Source: a virus
IMG/VR virus record: IMGVR_UViG_3300029876_000390
Length of the DNA: 64,000 nucleotides
Reading direction: 5' to 3' (one strand)
Positions 54,280-63,608 of this stretch are shown piece by piece; position 1 is the stretch's first letter; each line of letters begins with the position of its first letter. Under the pieces are notes generated by a model. That model worked only from the letters and a program-made list of their open reading frames with translations, made no database searches and was not told the DNA's origin. Position numbers and translations under genes: made by a program.

Positions 54280-56483
54280 TGAACAGACAAATGACACAAG
54301 GGACGGTTGCAAACAATGTGCAGGTGATTCCGGCAACGAAGCGGAGAGTGTCTGCCGGCGGTCAGCTGAAAAAGGCAAAGGACATTCGGGTTGCCGCTTA
54401 CGGCCGTGTTTCAACCGATGAGCTTGCCCAGCAGATTTCGTATGAGGGGCAGAAAAGCTATTACACGAAGCTGATCAATGAAAAAGAAGGCTGGACTTTT
54501 GCCGGAATGTATGCAGATGAAGCAATCTCCGGCACCAACCGTAACCACCGCACCGAGTTTAATCAGATGATGCAGGATGCGCTGGACGGGAAGATCGATT
54601 ACATCATTACAAAGTCCATTTCCCGATTTGCACGAAATACGGTCGATACGCTGAACTGCGTGAGACAGCTTCGGCAGTGTGACCCGCCAATCGGTGTATA
54701 CTTCGAAAAGGAGAACATTGACACGCTGGATGCGTCTGGCGAACTGCTCCTGACCATCCTTTCAGCATTGGCACAGGAAGAGAGCAATTCGATCTCCAAG
54801 AATATCAGCTGGAGTATTCAAAAGCGGTTTCAGGAAGGGATTGCCTTTGGAAACCCACGGTCGGTCTACGGTTATACGGACGGTGAGACGAATAAGGACT
54901 GGGTCATTGTAGAAGAACAGGCCAAGGTGGTGCGGTTCATCTTCGATGAGTTCCTTCTGGGAAAATCTTCTTACAAAATCAGCAATGAACTGAATGAAAA
55001 GGGAATTCCTTCATCCAAAGGGACAAAATGGCAAAGCGAAAGTGTGGATTTTATCCTCCGGAATGAAAAATATGTTGGTGACTGCGAAATGCAGAAAACG
55101 GTTACCGTCGATTTCCTGAGCCACAAGACGATTCCAAACAATGGAGAAGCTCCGAAATTTTATGTGACGGACCACCATGTCCCAATTATCAATCGCGCGG
55201 TATGGATGCGGGCACAGGAAATCCTGGCACACAGAAAGAAAAACCGAACGAAAAAGAAGGATGAAAAGCGGGAAAAACGAGTGGGCAAGGATGTCTTTGA
55301 TAACCTGGTATGCGGAAAATGCGGAGCCCCCTTTTACCGCAGAACCCTGCAGGCAAGAGCCACGCACTTCGAGGATGACAGGTGCCTAGATGCCTGCCGC
55401 AGTGAGCTGTTGGCACAGGGGAGTTCGCCGGATGACTACTATGAACGGTATTATTACACCTATCCCGTTTGGCGGTGCTCAAGTCTAAAAGATACCTCAC
55501 CGACCAACGATGGGCCATTTATGGGAAAAGCAGACCCGGATGTTGCCTGGCATCCGATTTATATTGGCGAAGGAGATGCAAAGTGCCCTTCCCATTTTGT
55601 ATACGAGACGGCGGTCAAGCAGAGCTTCATGGAAATGTTGTACGCCATCAAGCGCGACCATGAAGAAAACGGGGAGAACGCATGGATCGATTCGGAATTC
55701 CGGATGATCTACCAGAAGGTGCAGGAGCACGTCGCAGAACGGGATTCTTCCAGAAAAACAGAACTGGATGAGCAGATTCTGCAGCTGGAGGAAAAAATGG
55801 CTCAGATGCAGGGGCGGCTGAAAGAAGCAGTAGAGCGTGGCCGCCAGAAAGCCAGCCCGGAGATTGATACCTACGAAAGACTGGTGGATGATCTGCGAGA
55901 GCGTTTGAATGAGAAAATGGACGAACGGCAGCAACTCAGCCAGGAAGAACAGCTTCTTTCGGAGATGAAGCACAACTACGACTTTTTCATCCGCTGCCTG
56001 GAAGCCCTGCCCGAAATCAACAAGGCCGGCATGAAGCTGAATGTCAATGGTCTGGATACAGATGGAAGCTGCCTGCGTGACTTTGGCGGCAAGGCACGAA
56101 GCAAAATCCTGAGTGATATCCGGCGTGGAAAAAGAAAGATGGGTGCAGACCGGGTGGAACAGGCTCCGGATTTCCTGGAATTTGAAAAGGGCGTTTACTT
56201 CGCATTCATCAAGGAAGGAATCGTTGACGGTGATGTGATCACCTACACGACGAATTTTGGAGTCAAGCTGACCAGCACCGGCAACAGCCGGACGCTGATG
56301 GCTTTCATCGGATTCCGCAGATGCAATCCGAATAAAACGGTCGAGGTGCTGATGGACGGCTGGCAGGTCAACGGACTCTGCATTCGGTACCATAGAGAAA
56401 AGAGAAAGGAAAAAACGGCACACACGCTGATGATCCGGAAACGGAAAGCACAAGAACGAGCATTGCTGGAGCAGGAAGCGTGA
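54279..56483 (+). CDS. Large serine recombinase (integrase), second of the tandem pair.
   Basis: VAAYGRVSTDELAQQISYEGQ...DYIITKSISRFARN; TGATG start-stop overlap with the first recombinase; zinc-ribbon CGKCGAPF. Confidence 0.85.
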   Translation: MNRQMTQGTVANNVQVIPATKRRVSAGGQLKKAKDIRVAAYGRVSTDELAQQISYEGQKSYYTKLINEKEGWTFAGMYADEAISGTNRNHRTEFNQMMQDALDGKIDYIITKSISRFARNTVDTLNCVRQLRQCDPPIGVYFEKENIDTLDASGELLLTILSALAQEESNSISKNISWSIQKRFQEGIAFGNPRSVYGYTDGETNKDWVIVEEQAKVVRFIFDEFLLGKSSYKISNELNEKGIPSSKGTKWQSESVDFILRNEKYVGDCEMQKTVTVDFLSHKTIPNNGEAPKFYVTDHHVPIINRAVWMRAQEILAHRKKNRTKKKDEKREKRVGKDVFDNLVCGKCGAPFYRRTLQARATHFEDDRCLDACRSELLAQGSSPDDYYERYYYTYPVWRCSSLKDTSPTNDGPFMGKADPDVAWHPIYIGEGDAKCPSHFVYETAVKQSFMEMLYAIKRDHEENGENAWIDSEFRMIYQKVQEHVAERDSSRKTELDEQILQLEEKMAQMQGRLKEAVERGRQKASPEIDTYERLVDDLRERLNEKMDERQQLSQEEQLLSEMKHNYDFFIRCLEALPEINKAGMKLNVNGLDTDGSCLRDFGGKARSKILSDIRRGKRKMGADRVEQAPDFLEFEKGVYFAFIKEGIVDGDVITYTTNFGVKLTSTGNSRTLMAFIGFRRCNPNKTVEVLMDGWQVNGLCIRYHREKRKEKTAHTLMIRKRKAQERALLEQEA

Positions 56484-56492
56484 TTTTGGGAA

Positions 56493-56545
56493 CCCCACTG
56501 GATGAGACACTCTGTCTTGTCTGGTGGGGATTTTTTTGTTTTTGG
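56493..56545 (+). terminator. Strong intrinsic terminator after the tandem recombinases, probably at the prophage right end.
   Basis: CCCCACtggatgagacactctgtcttgtctgGTGGGGa followed by TTTTTTTGTTTTT. Confidence 0.5.
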
Positions 56546-56630
56546 AGGATTTTTTTCCGAACCCATTGCTATGTGCAAAATTCTGCTATATGTTGAGAGT
56601 ACAGAAATACACATAGCAGGAGAGAACGAC

Positions 56631-57029
56631 ATGAAGAGATTAGCATGGCTTTCAGTAGAAGATTATGCAGCGACCCAGATGGAGCTGGTGGTCGTGAGTG
56701 CAATGAAAGGGTATCTGCGGCGGATGCCGGAGAAAGAAGCATTTAAAAAAGTAGAGGCTATCCTTGACCCGAAGGTAATCCGGTTAACCGGTGATGATGG
56801 CGCACCGATGCCTATACAAAGCAATGTTGACGGAGCAAAGCTCGCTGCGTTCATCGATGCGGCCGTGGCAGACAGCATCAGGGAGCTGGAGAAGAGGGAA
56901 GATGGCCTGTCAAAAGCTGGCGTGACTATGTTAGGAAATGTGGATGGTAAGAGCATGGTGGAGCAGATGAGTCCCCAGTTTTTGGAGTTCGTACTGGATG
57001 CGTATCGGAATTTGAAATACGGAAAATAA
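56631..57029 (+). CDS. Hypothetical protein.
   Basis: RBS CAGGAGAGAACGAC before ATG 56631; 132 aa. Confidence 0.45.
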   Translation: MKRLAWLSVEDYAATQMELVVVSAMKGYLRRMPEKEAFKKVEAILDPKVIRLTGDDGAPMPIQSNVDGAKLAAFIDAAVADSIRELEKREDGLSKAGVTMLGNVDGKSMVEQMSPQFLEFVLDAYRNLKYGK

Positions 57030-57043
57030 AAACGAAAAAGGCG

Positions 57044-57072
57044 TTGATAATTTCTGAAGAATAGGGTATAAT
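57044..57072 (+). promoter_or_regulatory. Consensus sigma-70-type promoter TTGATA-N17-TATAAT in an AT-rich islet.
   Basis: gcgTTGATAatttctgaagaatagggTATAATgaatt, 55 nt upstream of the ATPase gene. Confidence 0.5.
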
Positions 57073-57126
57073 GAATTTGATGGAAAATAAAAACGTGAAA
57101 ACCGTTTTTAGAAGGGAGAATGGTAC

Positions 57127-58278
57127 ATGAAAATACTTCGTATTACAGCACAAGGGCTTCCGTTGTTTAAGGAGGACTTGGATATTTGCTTTTACACTCA
57201 GCAGCGTGTGAGTGAAGATGACAAGAATAATTTGTACAACCTGATTGATAACTATTACCTTCATTCTGCATGTGCGTTTATTGGAATCAATGCTTCTGGT
57301 AAAACCTCTGTGTTGAAAGTCATCAATTTAGCACTGAACATTATAAAGAATGAGCCAATCAATCATGTGGAGGCAAAAACCATTCTTGGAGGATCAGAGA
57401 AAGCTACGATTCGCACATACTTTTATGATAAGCGCAAATATATCTGCTGTCTTGAAACCGTGATTACAGCGAAAAAAGCAAAGACAGGCGAGTATGTGTA
57501 TTCAATCTTGTCTGAAAGACTATGGGAGAAGCCGATTGCAAGCGTTAAGTCGAAAAAATATTTGACGGATTTCGATGGAATAGAGCCTGTTGATTCACGT
57601 AATAGCAATGAAGCTTATCTTTCAGATGATGTCAGCTTTATTATCGCTCATAATAAAAAGGTAAATGACGCTGTTGATGTGTTTAGCCTTCTTTCTTATA
57701 CGAATGTGAATGTTTTGCCTTTTACAGAAGATATTCCGCTGGAAGTGATTACTTTTCTTGACCCGACTATCGAGAAGCTATGTTTTGAGCAGGCGGAAGG
57801 AAAAACATTTATTCATCTGAAATTTACAGATGAAGATGAGATTATCTTGAATAATGCGGTAGATCTTGAGCAGTATTTGTCTTCTGGTACAATTAAGGGC
57901 ATTATTACATTTTCGATGGTGAAAGAGGTTCTTCAATCTGGAGGATACCTTCTGGTAGATGAAATTGAAAATCATTTTAATAAAGAAATTGTAACGACTC
58001 TGATGCGCTTCTTCATGGACAGCCGACTTAACAAAAGAGGCGGAACGCTGATTTTTACAACGCATTATCCGGAACTGCTGGATGAATATGACCGAAATGA
58101 TGGAATTTGTATCGTAAGAAATCGAAATGGCATTACAGTGGAAAACTTGAGCTATATTCTAAAGCGCAATGACATTAAGAAGAGCGATGCATATCAAAGC
58201 GGATTCCTGGAAGGAACAACTCCTGCGTATGAAGCATATATGCGTTTGAAGAAAAATCTGGCCGCTTCAATTAAATAA
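57127..58278 (+). CDS. AAA_21/ABC-type ATPase (AriA/AbiLi/OLD-ATPase-like) of a two-gene defence module.
   Basis: Walker A GINASGKTSVLKV, Walker B GYLLVDEIENHF, H-loop LIFTTHYPELL; low GC (about 38%) versus about 55% in the surroundings. Confidence 0.75.
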   Translation: MKILRITAQGLPLFKEDLDICFYTQQRVSEDDKNNLYNLIDNYYLHSACAFIGINASGKTSVLKVINLALNIIKNEPINHVEAKTILGGSEKATIRTYFYDKRKYICCLETVITAKKAKTGEYVYSILSERLWEKPIASVKSKKYLTDFDGIEPVDSRNSNEAYLSDDVSFIIAHNKKVNDAVDVFSLLSYTNVNVLPFTEDIPLEVITFLDPTIEKLCFEQAEGKTFIHLKFTDEDEIILNNAVDLEQYLSSGTIKGIITFSMVKEVLQSGGYLLVDEIENHFNKEIVTTLMRFFMDSRLNKRGGTLIFTTHYPELLDEYDRNDGICIVRNRNGITVENLSYILKRNDIKKSDAYQSGFLEGTTPAYEAYMRLKKNLAASIK

Positions 58279-58291
58279 GGGAGGCGGTAGG

Positions 58292-58810
58292 ATGAAGTTA
58301 GCACCATATATAGCGTGTATATGTGAAGGATCAGCAGAAGCTGCAATTATTGATGTTCTAGTGGATAATAATCTTTTGATTTTTACAAGAGAAGATATGC
58401 TTGAAGAAAGTGTTATTCGCTGCAGGAGTGCTAAGACATTTGAGGAACGCTTCTTACGTAAAGGATTTAAAGATCAGATTTCTGTCATAAGGATTCTTGA
58501 CTCTCGGAGAGAAGAGTTTAGGCTTAGCAAAGCCTATGAGAAGAAGGTTGATGTGATCAATGTTATTACTGCTCCAGAGATAGAGATGCTGATTATTCAT
58601 AGCGAAGGAGCTTATGAGCGATTTAAGCGTTCAGGAAAGAAACCTAGTGAATTCTGTAAAGCAGATCTTCGTATGCATAATGTGAAATCGTATGATTTTG
58701 TGAAAGATTATTTTAGTAATCCACAGACATTAGTTAATGCAATAAAAGAGTATCGTAGAACCGCAAATATTCCTAAAGGTGAATATAGTTTATCAGATCT
58801 GTTAAAATAA
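58292..58810 (+). CDS. Small Toprim-like (DUF4435/RloB-like) partner protein of the ATPase; family assignment tentative.
   Basis: N-terminal YIACICEGSAEAAIIDVL resembles the first Toprim motif (conserved Glu in xEGxxD); 172 aa; translationally adjacent to the ATPase (14-nt gap, RBS GGGAGGCGGTAGG). Confidence 0.45.
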   Translation: MKLAPYIACICEGSAEAAIIDVLVDNNLLIFTREDMLEESVIRCRSAKTFEERFLRKGFKDQISVIRILDSRREEFRLSKAYEKKVDVINVITAPEIEMLIIHSEGAYERFKRSGKKPSEFCKADLRMHNVKSYDFVKDYFSNPQTLVNAIKEYRRTANIPKGEYSLSDLLK

Positions 58811-58880
58811 AGATTTGCCCACTGGCGAACTGTGTAACTCTTACATGGTACGCTTGTGGTCTTCTTTTTTTTTGCCTCAT

Positions 58881-58950
58881 CCCGCATGAACCACAGACAG
58901 CACTCCGGTGTAAATCGAAGTGCAGTTGTGGCTTATGCGGGCTTTTTTGT
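58881..58950 (+). terminator. Large hairpin terminator between convergent genes.
   Basis: CCCGCATGAACCACA-(31 nt)-TGTGGCTTATGCGGG followed by CTTTTTTGTT; preceded by a T9 run at about 58865-58873. Confidence 0.5.
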
Positions 58951-58973
58951 TATGTGGTCAACGAGTTACAAAA

Positions 58974-59315
58974 TCATACTCCCAATCCGTATAAAATCGC
59001 TTTCAGTTCCTTTACCATTCGGGTAAGAATCTCCTGCTCAAGTGTGTTGCAGTCCAAAAGCAGACGGTGAATCTCGGAATCGGCAGTGGAAGCTGAGTGT
59101 GTCAGACTGTCTACGAGAAGGTCGTCTGCGGAAACATTCAGAAAGTTTGCAATCTGAACGAGTGATTCCAAACTTGGCTTGCTCTTTCCAAGTTCTATGT
59201 TACTAATGTGCTTATTTCCTACTCCGCATCTGAAAGCAAGTTCTTCCTGTGATAAATTTTCCTTACTCCTGAAATCAGCGATACGCTGTCCAAGTGCAGT
59301 ATAATCAATTGCCAT
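58974..59315 (-). CDS. HTH XRE-family transcriptional regulator.
   Basis: LGQRIADFRSKENLSQEELAFRCGVGNKHISNIELGKSKPSLESLVQIANFLNVSADDLL is a canonical HTH_3. Confidence 0.75.
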   Translation of the reverse strand: MAIDYTALGQRIADFRSKENLSQEELAFRCGVGNKHISNIELGKSKPSLESLVQIANFLNVSADDLLVDSLTHSASTADSEIHRLLLDCNTLEQEILTRMVKELKAILYGLGV

Positions 59316-59562
59316 GTGTGGTCCTCCTTATGAATCCCGCATAAGGCAGTACGATTATCCCGCATGAAAATGCACATAGCAACTGATTATAGAAGAGTTT
59401 AAGACCGCAAAAGCCTACACCCCTATCTGCTGTGTGGTCTTAGCACTTTTTTCCATCTGCTAGATGGAATTTTTAAGTACACTCCACCTGTCAGATGGAG
59501 GTCAAAACGCCACACACACTCTATAATATAAATGTAGAAAAGACTGCACATGGAAAGGAACG

Positions 59563-60543
59563 ATGATGACGAGCAAAGGAGAAAAAGGGATTCTTACATT
59601 ATATAGTGATGTACAGGCGACTTCTGTTCGTTGGCTGTGGTATCCGTTCATAGCAGTTGGGAAGATCACATTACTGCAAGGCGACCCCGGCGATGGTAAG
59701 TCTACAATGATGATGAATCTGATAGCAGAGTTATCTAAAGGCGGAAAGCTGCCGGATGGCAAAGCAGTCGGATTATCGCAGAGGGTCATTTACCAATGTT
59801 CAGAAGATGGTGTGTCAGATACCATCAAGCCCCGGCTGGAAAAGTGTGGGGCAGATTGTGGGAATGTGGCTTTTATAAATGAAGAAACATACAGTGGCCT
59901 GACACTGGCTGATGAACGCATCCGGCAGGCTATTATAGAATTTCGGCCACGGCTTGTGGTTATTGACCCGATACAGGCTTATCTCGGAAGTGATTCTGAC
60001 CTTCAGATTGCAGGCAGAGCCAGAAAGCTGATGCAGCGTCTTGGTATGTGGGCATCTGTATATGATTGCGCCATTGTGCTGATCGGTCACCTCAATAAAA
60101 AAGAGGGAACAAAAGGCCTGTATCGGAGCCTTGGCAGTATTGATGTGGTGGCGGCTGCCCGGAGTGTCCTGCAGGTGGAGCGAGATCCAAAGAACACAGA
60201 TGTCCGTATCGTCCGGCAGATAAAAAACAGTCTGGCTCCGTCAGATGGAGAAATCAAATTTTCGATAACAGCGGAGCAGGGCTTCCAATGGCTGGAATGT
60301 GAAATAGCACAGGACCCGGCAGCAGAGCCGGAAACACCAGTATTTGAATCAAAGTCTGAAAAAGCAGCCTACCTGATTAAGAAGCTGCTTTCAGAAGATG
60401 ATATGAGATCCAGAGAAATCTATATGCGGTTGAGCGATGAAGGTATTAGCCGTAGAACAGCAGAAAACACAAAGAAAGAACTCGGCATCCGAAGTTATCG
60501 GAAGATGCGCCAGTGGTATTGGAGCATAAAACCGGGGGAATGA
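59563..60543 (+). CDS. AAA_25 / RecA-like ATPase (plasmid/IME RepA-like).
   Basis: Walker A LLQGDPGDGKSTMMMNL, Walker B LVVIDPIQAYL, GHLNKK segment; 326 aa; RBS GGAAAGGAACG before ATG. Confidence 0.65.
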   Translation: MMTSKGEKGILTLYSDVQATSVRWLWYPFIAVGKITLLQGDPGDGKSTMMMNLIAELSKGGKLPDGKAVGLSQRVIYQCSEDGVSDTIKPRLEKCGADCGNVAFINEETYSGLTLADERIRQAIIEFRPRLVVIDPIQAYLGSDSDLQIAGRARKLMQRLGMWASVYDCAIVLIGHLNKKEGTKGLYRSLGSIDVVAAARSVLQVERDPKNTDVRIVRQIKNSLAPSDGEIKFSITAEQGFQWLECEIAQDPAAEPETPVFESKSEKAAYLIKKLLSEDDMRSREIYMRLSDEGISRRTAENTKKELGIRSYRKMRQWYWSIKPGE

Positions 60544-60556
60544 GAGGAACTATAGA

Positions 60557-62431
60557 ATGAGCAGTGGAACAGAAGCGATAGATCGTAAGCAGAGAATTAG
60601 AGACCGATATAGAGGCGTGGATACTTCCGAACTGGAGGTTATCCCGGCCAAAATTGTGGAGGGGCTTGGAGAAAGCACCTCTATTCGTCGTGTCGCTGCC
60701 TATGTACGTGTTTCCACTGACAATGATGAACAGACCTCCTCGTATGAGCTTCAGAAAAATTATTATACGGACTACATTAAGGCCCAACCCGGCTGGGAGT
60801 TTGTTGGCATTTATGATGATGAAGGAATCAGCGGCACTTCGCTGGCACACCGCAAAGGAATGCAGCAGCTGATCGAGGATTGTAAGGCGGGAAAGATTGA
60901 CCTGATTCTTACAAAGTCCATCGCCCGTTTTGCCAGAAATATCGTTGACTGCCTTTCTGTTATCGAAACGCTGAAGAATCTTGACCCACCTGTAGGGGTA
61001 AAATTTGAAGCGGATAATATCTACACCCTGGACAGTAACGGACGCATGATCCTGACGATTCTGGCATCCGTGGCAGAGGAAGAATCCCATTCCAAATCAA
61101 TTATCATGAACTGGTCCATTGATCGCCGGTTCAGCCGTGGACTTTTCCTTACGCCGGCGTTGCTTGGATATGACCAGGATGAGGATGGTAACCTTGTGGT
61201 GAATCAGGATGAGGCTCAGACAGTAAAGGTCATTTATTACCTGTACCTGAATGGATTTTCGCTGAAGGATATTGCGGAACTTCTGACAGATTACGAGCGG
61301 AAGACGAAGCTGGGAAACACGGAATGGAATCCGGGCACGATTGCCGGAATCATTGCAAATGAACGCCATTGTGGGGATGTGCTGGCGAGAAAGACTTTCA
61401 CACCAAACTTCCTTACGCACAAGGCAAAGAAGAACAACAATGATCGAACGCAGTACCGTCAGCGGGACCATCACGAGGCGATTGTTTCCAGAGATGTTTT
61501 CAATGCGGCCAATCATCTGCGCGCATCCCGGACGTATAAAAAGAAAAATCATCCGTTGCCAGTTTTGAGTGTGGTAGATGATGGCATCCTTCGCGGATAT
61601 GTGCCTTTTGATAAGGATTGGACAGGTTTCTCGGCAGAGGAATACCGGGAAGCATCCGAAAGCGTCATGCGGGAAAAACAGTCCAACACGGTAGAAGTAA
61701 GGAATCGTCTGGATCTTACTGGCTATGAAGTAGTCCGGGCACAGTATTTTGCAACCTTGCAGAATCCGGCGATGACAATTTCAAACGGAAGGCTGCGTTT
61801 TAATGCTGCCTGTCTGAAAAAGTTTGATGATGTGGAGTATGTAGAATTGCTTCTGAATTCAGTTGACAGATGTATTGCCATTCGGCCGTGCGAAAAGAGC
61901 AATCCGAATGCAATCCGCTGGGGCAGATTGAAAGAAGGACGCTGGTGTGCAAATACCCTTGGGTGCCGAGGACTGGCAAAGGCTCTTTTTGACATTATGG
62001 AGTGGGACGAAGATTTGAAATACCGCTTCCGTGGTCAGCTTGTGGAGCAGGGAGGCGATAAGCTGATGCTCTTTGAACTGGATGAGCCGGAGATGATCAA
62101 GGTGGAGGAAATCGTCCTGCCACCTAAGGAGGAAGAATCGGAAGGCGAAACAGTTAAAAAGACGATTTATATTTTCCCACCGGAATGGGCGGGGACTTTT
62201 GGCCAGCCAATCACGAGCGTCGCACAGATTGGTATTTTGCAGCAGGAGCATTATGCCGGCAATTGGGATGTACTTCGGCCGGCATCAGAAATTAAGGAAA
62301 TGAACATTTTTACCGCAGATGGTCTAAATACACTGCTCCATGAAGCGGAAGAAATTATGGAAGGATGGATTGACATAGATGGAGGAAAACAAAACGTTGA
62401 TGCCGCCGAAGGAGCAGGCATTGGAGACTGA
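60557..62431 (+). CDS. Large serine recombinase (third copy) with C-terminal DUF4368-like domain.
   Basis: VAAYVRVSTDNDEQTSSYELQ...DLILTKSIARFARN catalytic domain; recombinase domain; C-terminal domain paralogous to the two downstream ORFs. Confidence 0.85.
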   Translation: MSSGTEAIDRKQRIRDRYRGVDTSELEVIPAKIVEGLGESTSIRRVAAYVRVSTDNDEQTSSYELQKNYYTDYIKAQPGWEFVGIYDDEGISGTSLAHRKGMQQLIEDCKAGKIDLILTKSIARFARNIVDCLSVIETLKNLDPPVGVKFEADNIYTLDSNGRMILTILASVAEEESHSKSIIMNWSIDRRFSRGLFLTPALLGYDQDEDGNLVVNQDEAQTVKVIYYLYLNGFSLKDIAELLTDYERKTKLGNTEWNPGTIAGIIANERHCGDVLARKTFTPNFLTHKAKKNNNDRTQYRQRDHHEAIVSRDVFNAANHLRASRTYKKKNHPLPVLSVVDDGILRGYVPFDKDWTGFSAEEYREASESVMREKQSNTVEVRNRLDLTGYEVVRAQYFATLQNPAMTISNGRLRFNAACLKKFDDVEYVELLLNSVDRCIAIRPCEKSNPNAIRWGRLKEGRWCANTLGCRGLAKALFDIMEWDEDLKYRFRGQLVEQGGDKLMLFELDEPEMIKVEEIVLPPKEEESEGETVKKTIYIFPPEWAGTFGQPITSVAQIGILQQEHYAGNWDVLRPASEIKEMNIFTADGLNTLLHEAEEIMEGWIDIDGGKQNVDAAEGAGIGD

Positions 62432-63071
62432 AAGAGATGCAAAGGCTGAAGAACTGGAGAGCACTTTTTCATATGATGGATATCAAGTGGTGCGAAAAGA
62501 ACTGTTCGCTCACCTCCGGGACCCGGCAATTGTGATTCGAAAAGACAGCATCACATTCAACACAGCCTGTATCAGTGGGCTGGAAGATGTGGTTTATGTA
62601 CACGTCATGTTCAACAGTGACTTGAAGCGTATCGTTGTACGCGGCTGTGATGAAAATGATAAGGATGCTTTGCGTTGGTGTATTGCGAAGCCGGACAAGC
62701 GAAAGAGCAGAAAGATGTCCTGTAAACCATTTTCAGAATTGGTTTATAACGAGATGGGCTGGGATAGTGACTGCCGCTATAAGATACTGGGGTATCGAAT
62801 CAGCTTTGAGGGAGAGACCTTGTATGTTTTTGACCTTCTCGTGCCAGAAATTTTCCACGAAAGTCAGAAACGGAAGAAAGGGGAAAGTGCGCCACAATCA
62901 GAGGAAACAAAGCCTGTGAATACCAGGAAGGGATTTTACCCAGATGATATTGCGGGTACTTTTGGCGTGCCTGTAGAAGAACACCTGAAAGAATCAGAAG
63001 TGAAGCATATAGATGGATATGTGTCAATGGGCATCCTGACGGGGACGGCCCCCGGTGCTAGTGCGGATTAG
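62379..63071 (+). CDS. Stand-alone paralog of the recombinase C-terminal (DUF4368-like) domain.
   Basis: YQVVRKELFAHLRDPAIVIRKDSITFNTACISGLEDVVYVHVMFNSDLKRIVVRGCDENDKDALRWC aligns with recombinase C-terminus YEVVRAQYFATLQNPAMTISNGRLRFNAACLKKFDDVEYVELLLNSVDRCIAIRPCEKSNPNAIRW. Confidence 0.5.
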   Translation: MEENKTLMPPKEQALETERDAKAEELESTFSYDGYQVVRKELFAHLRDPAIVIRKDSITFNTACISGLEDVVYVHVMFNSDLKRIVVRGCDENDKDALRWCIAKPDKRKSRKMSCKPFSELVYNEMGWDSDCRYKILGYRISFEGETLYVFDLLVPEIFHESQKRKKGESAPQSEETKPVNTRKGFYPDDIAGTFGVPVEEHLKESEVKHIDGYVSMGILTGTAPGASAD

Positions 63072-63119
63072 AAGGATGAAAAGAAACCAAGGGGGAAGTG
63101 CGCCCATTTTTAGGAGGAG

Positions 63120-63608
63120 GTGAGTAGATTGCAGGAACAGAAAATATGGCACGCCGGTGTTCTCGGTATGACATTAAACGTGGATGAAGGACGAATCACC
63201 ATTTTTCGCAGTACGCTTGAAGTGCTTGGCTGGCCATCGCATTATCGGTTTCTATACAATCCTCAGATGAATCAGATCGCCGTACAGGTATGCAGTGCCA
63301 CGGATGCGGGAGCTCATCGGGTGGGTAAACTGAACGAGTTCAGCAGCTGTGAGATCAAGTGCGTGGCCTTCGTGCGAATGGTTTATAAAAATGCCCAATG
63401 GGATAAGCGCAGATCTTACCGCATGATTGGAAATCTGTTCCCGGAGCAGAGGTTGGTCAGCTTTCAAATTCAAGAAGCACTGCCGATTGAAAATGGGAGA
63501 GTGCTGGACGGAACAGGAAGCCCCACGTTTGCCCTGTGTCGGGCAGAAGGGTCTCCATCGCAAAACAATCCCACCCCGGAAGAAAAAGCCGACAGTGGGG
63601 CAATGTGA
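63120..63608 (+). CDS. Second, more divergent paralog of the same domain.
   Basis: ITIFRSTLEVLGWPSHYRFLYNPQMNQIAVQVCSATDAGAHRV aligns with the same segment of the recombinase C-terminal domain. Confidence 0.4.
   Translation: MSRLQEQKIWHAGVLGMTLNVDEGRITIFRSTLEVLGWPSHYRFLYNPQMNQIAVQVCSATDAGAHRVGKLNEFSSCEIKCVAFVRMVYKNAQWDKRRSYRMIGNLFPEQRLVSFQIQEALPIENGRVLDGTGSPTFALCRAEGSPSQNNPTPEEKADSGAM

Larger units (their letters stand above)
1..56545 (+). mobile_element. Temperate siphovirus-like prophage with HK97-type head module and serine-recombinase integration module. The left boundary may lie outside the window; the right boundary is about the terminator after the second recombinase.
   Basis: Contiguous replication, packaging, head, tail, lysis and recombinase modules all on the + strand. 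The strong terminator after the tandem recombinases is followed by an AT-rich cargo region of different composition. Confidence 0.6.
59563..63608 (+). mobile_element. Second recombinase-bearing element (IME/transposon-like: AAA_25 ATPase + serine recombinase + accessory domain paralogs), adjacent to the prophage.
   Basis: Self-contained XRE / AAA_25 / serine-recombinase arrangement typical of small integrative elements in Firmicutes; separated from the prophage by terminators and an AT-rich islet. Confidence 0.35.
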
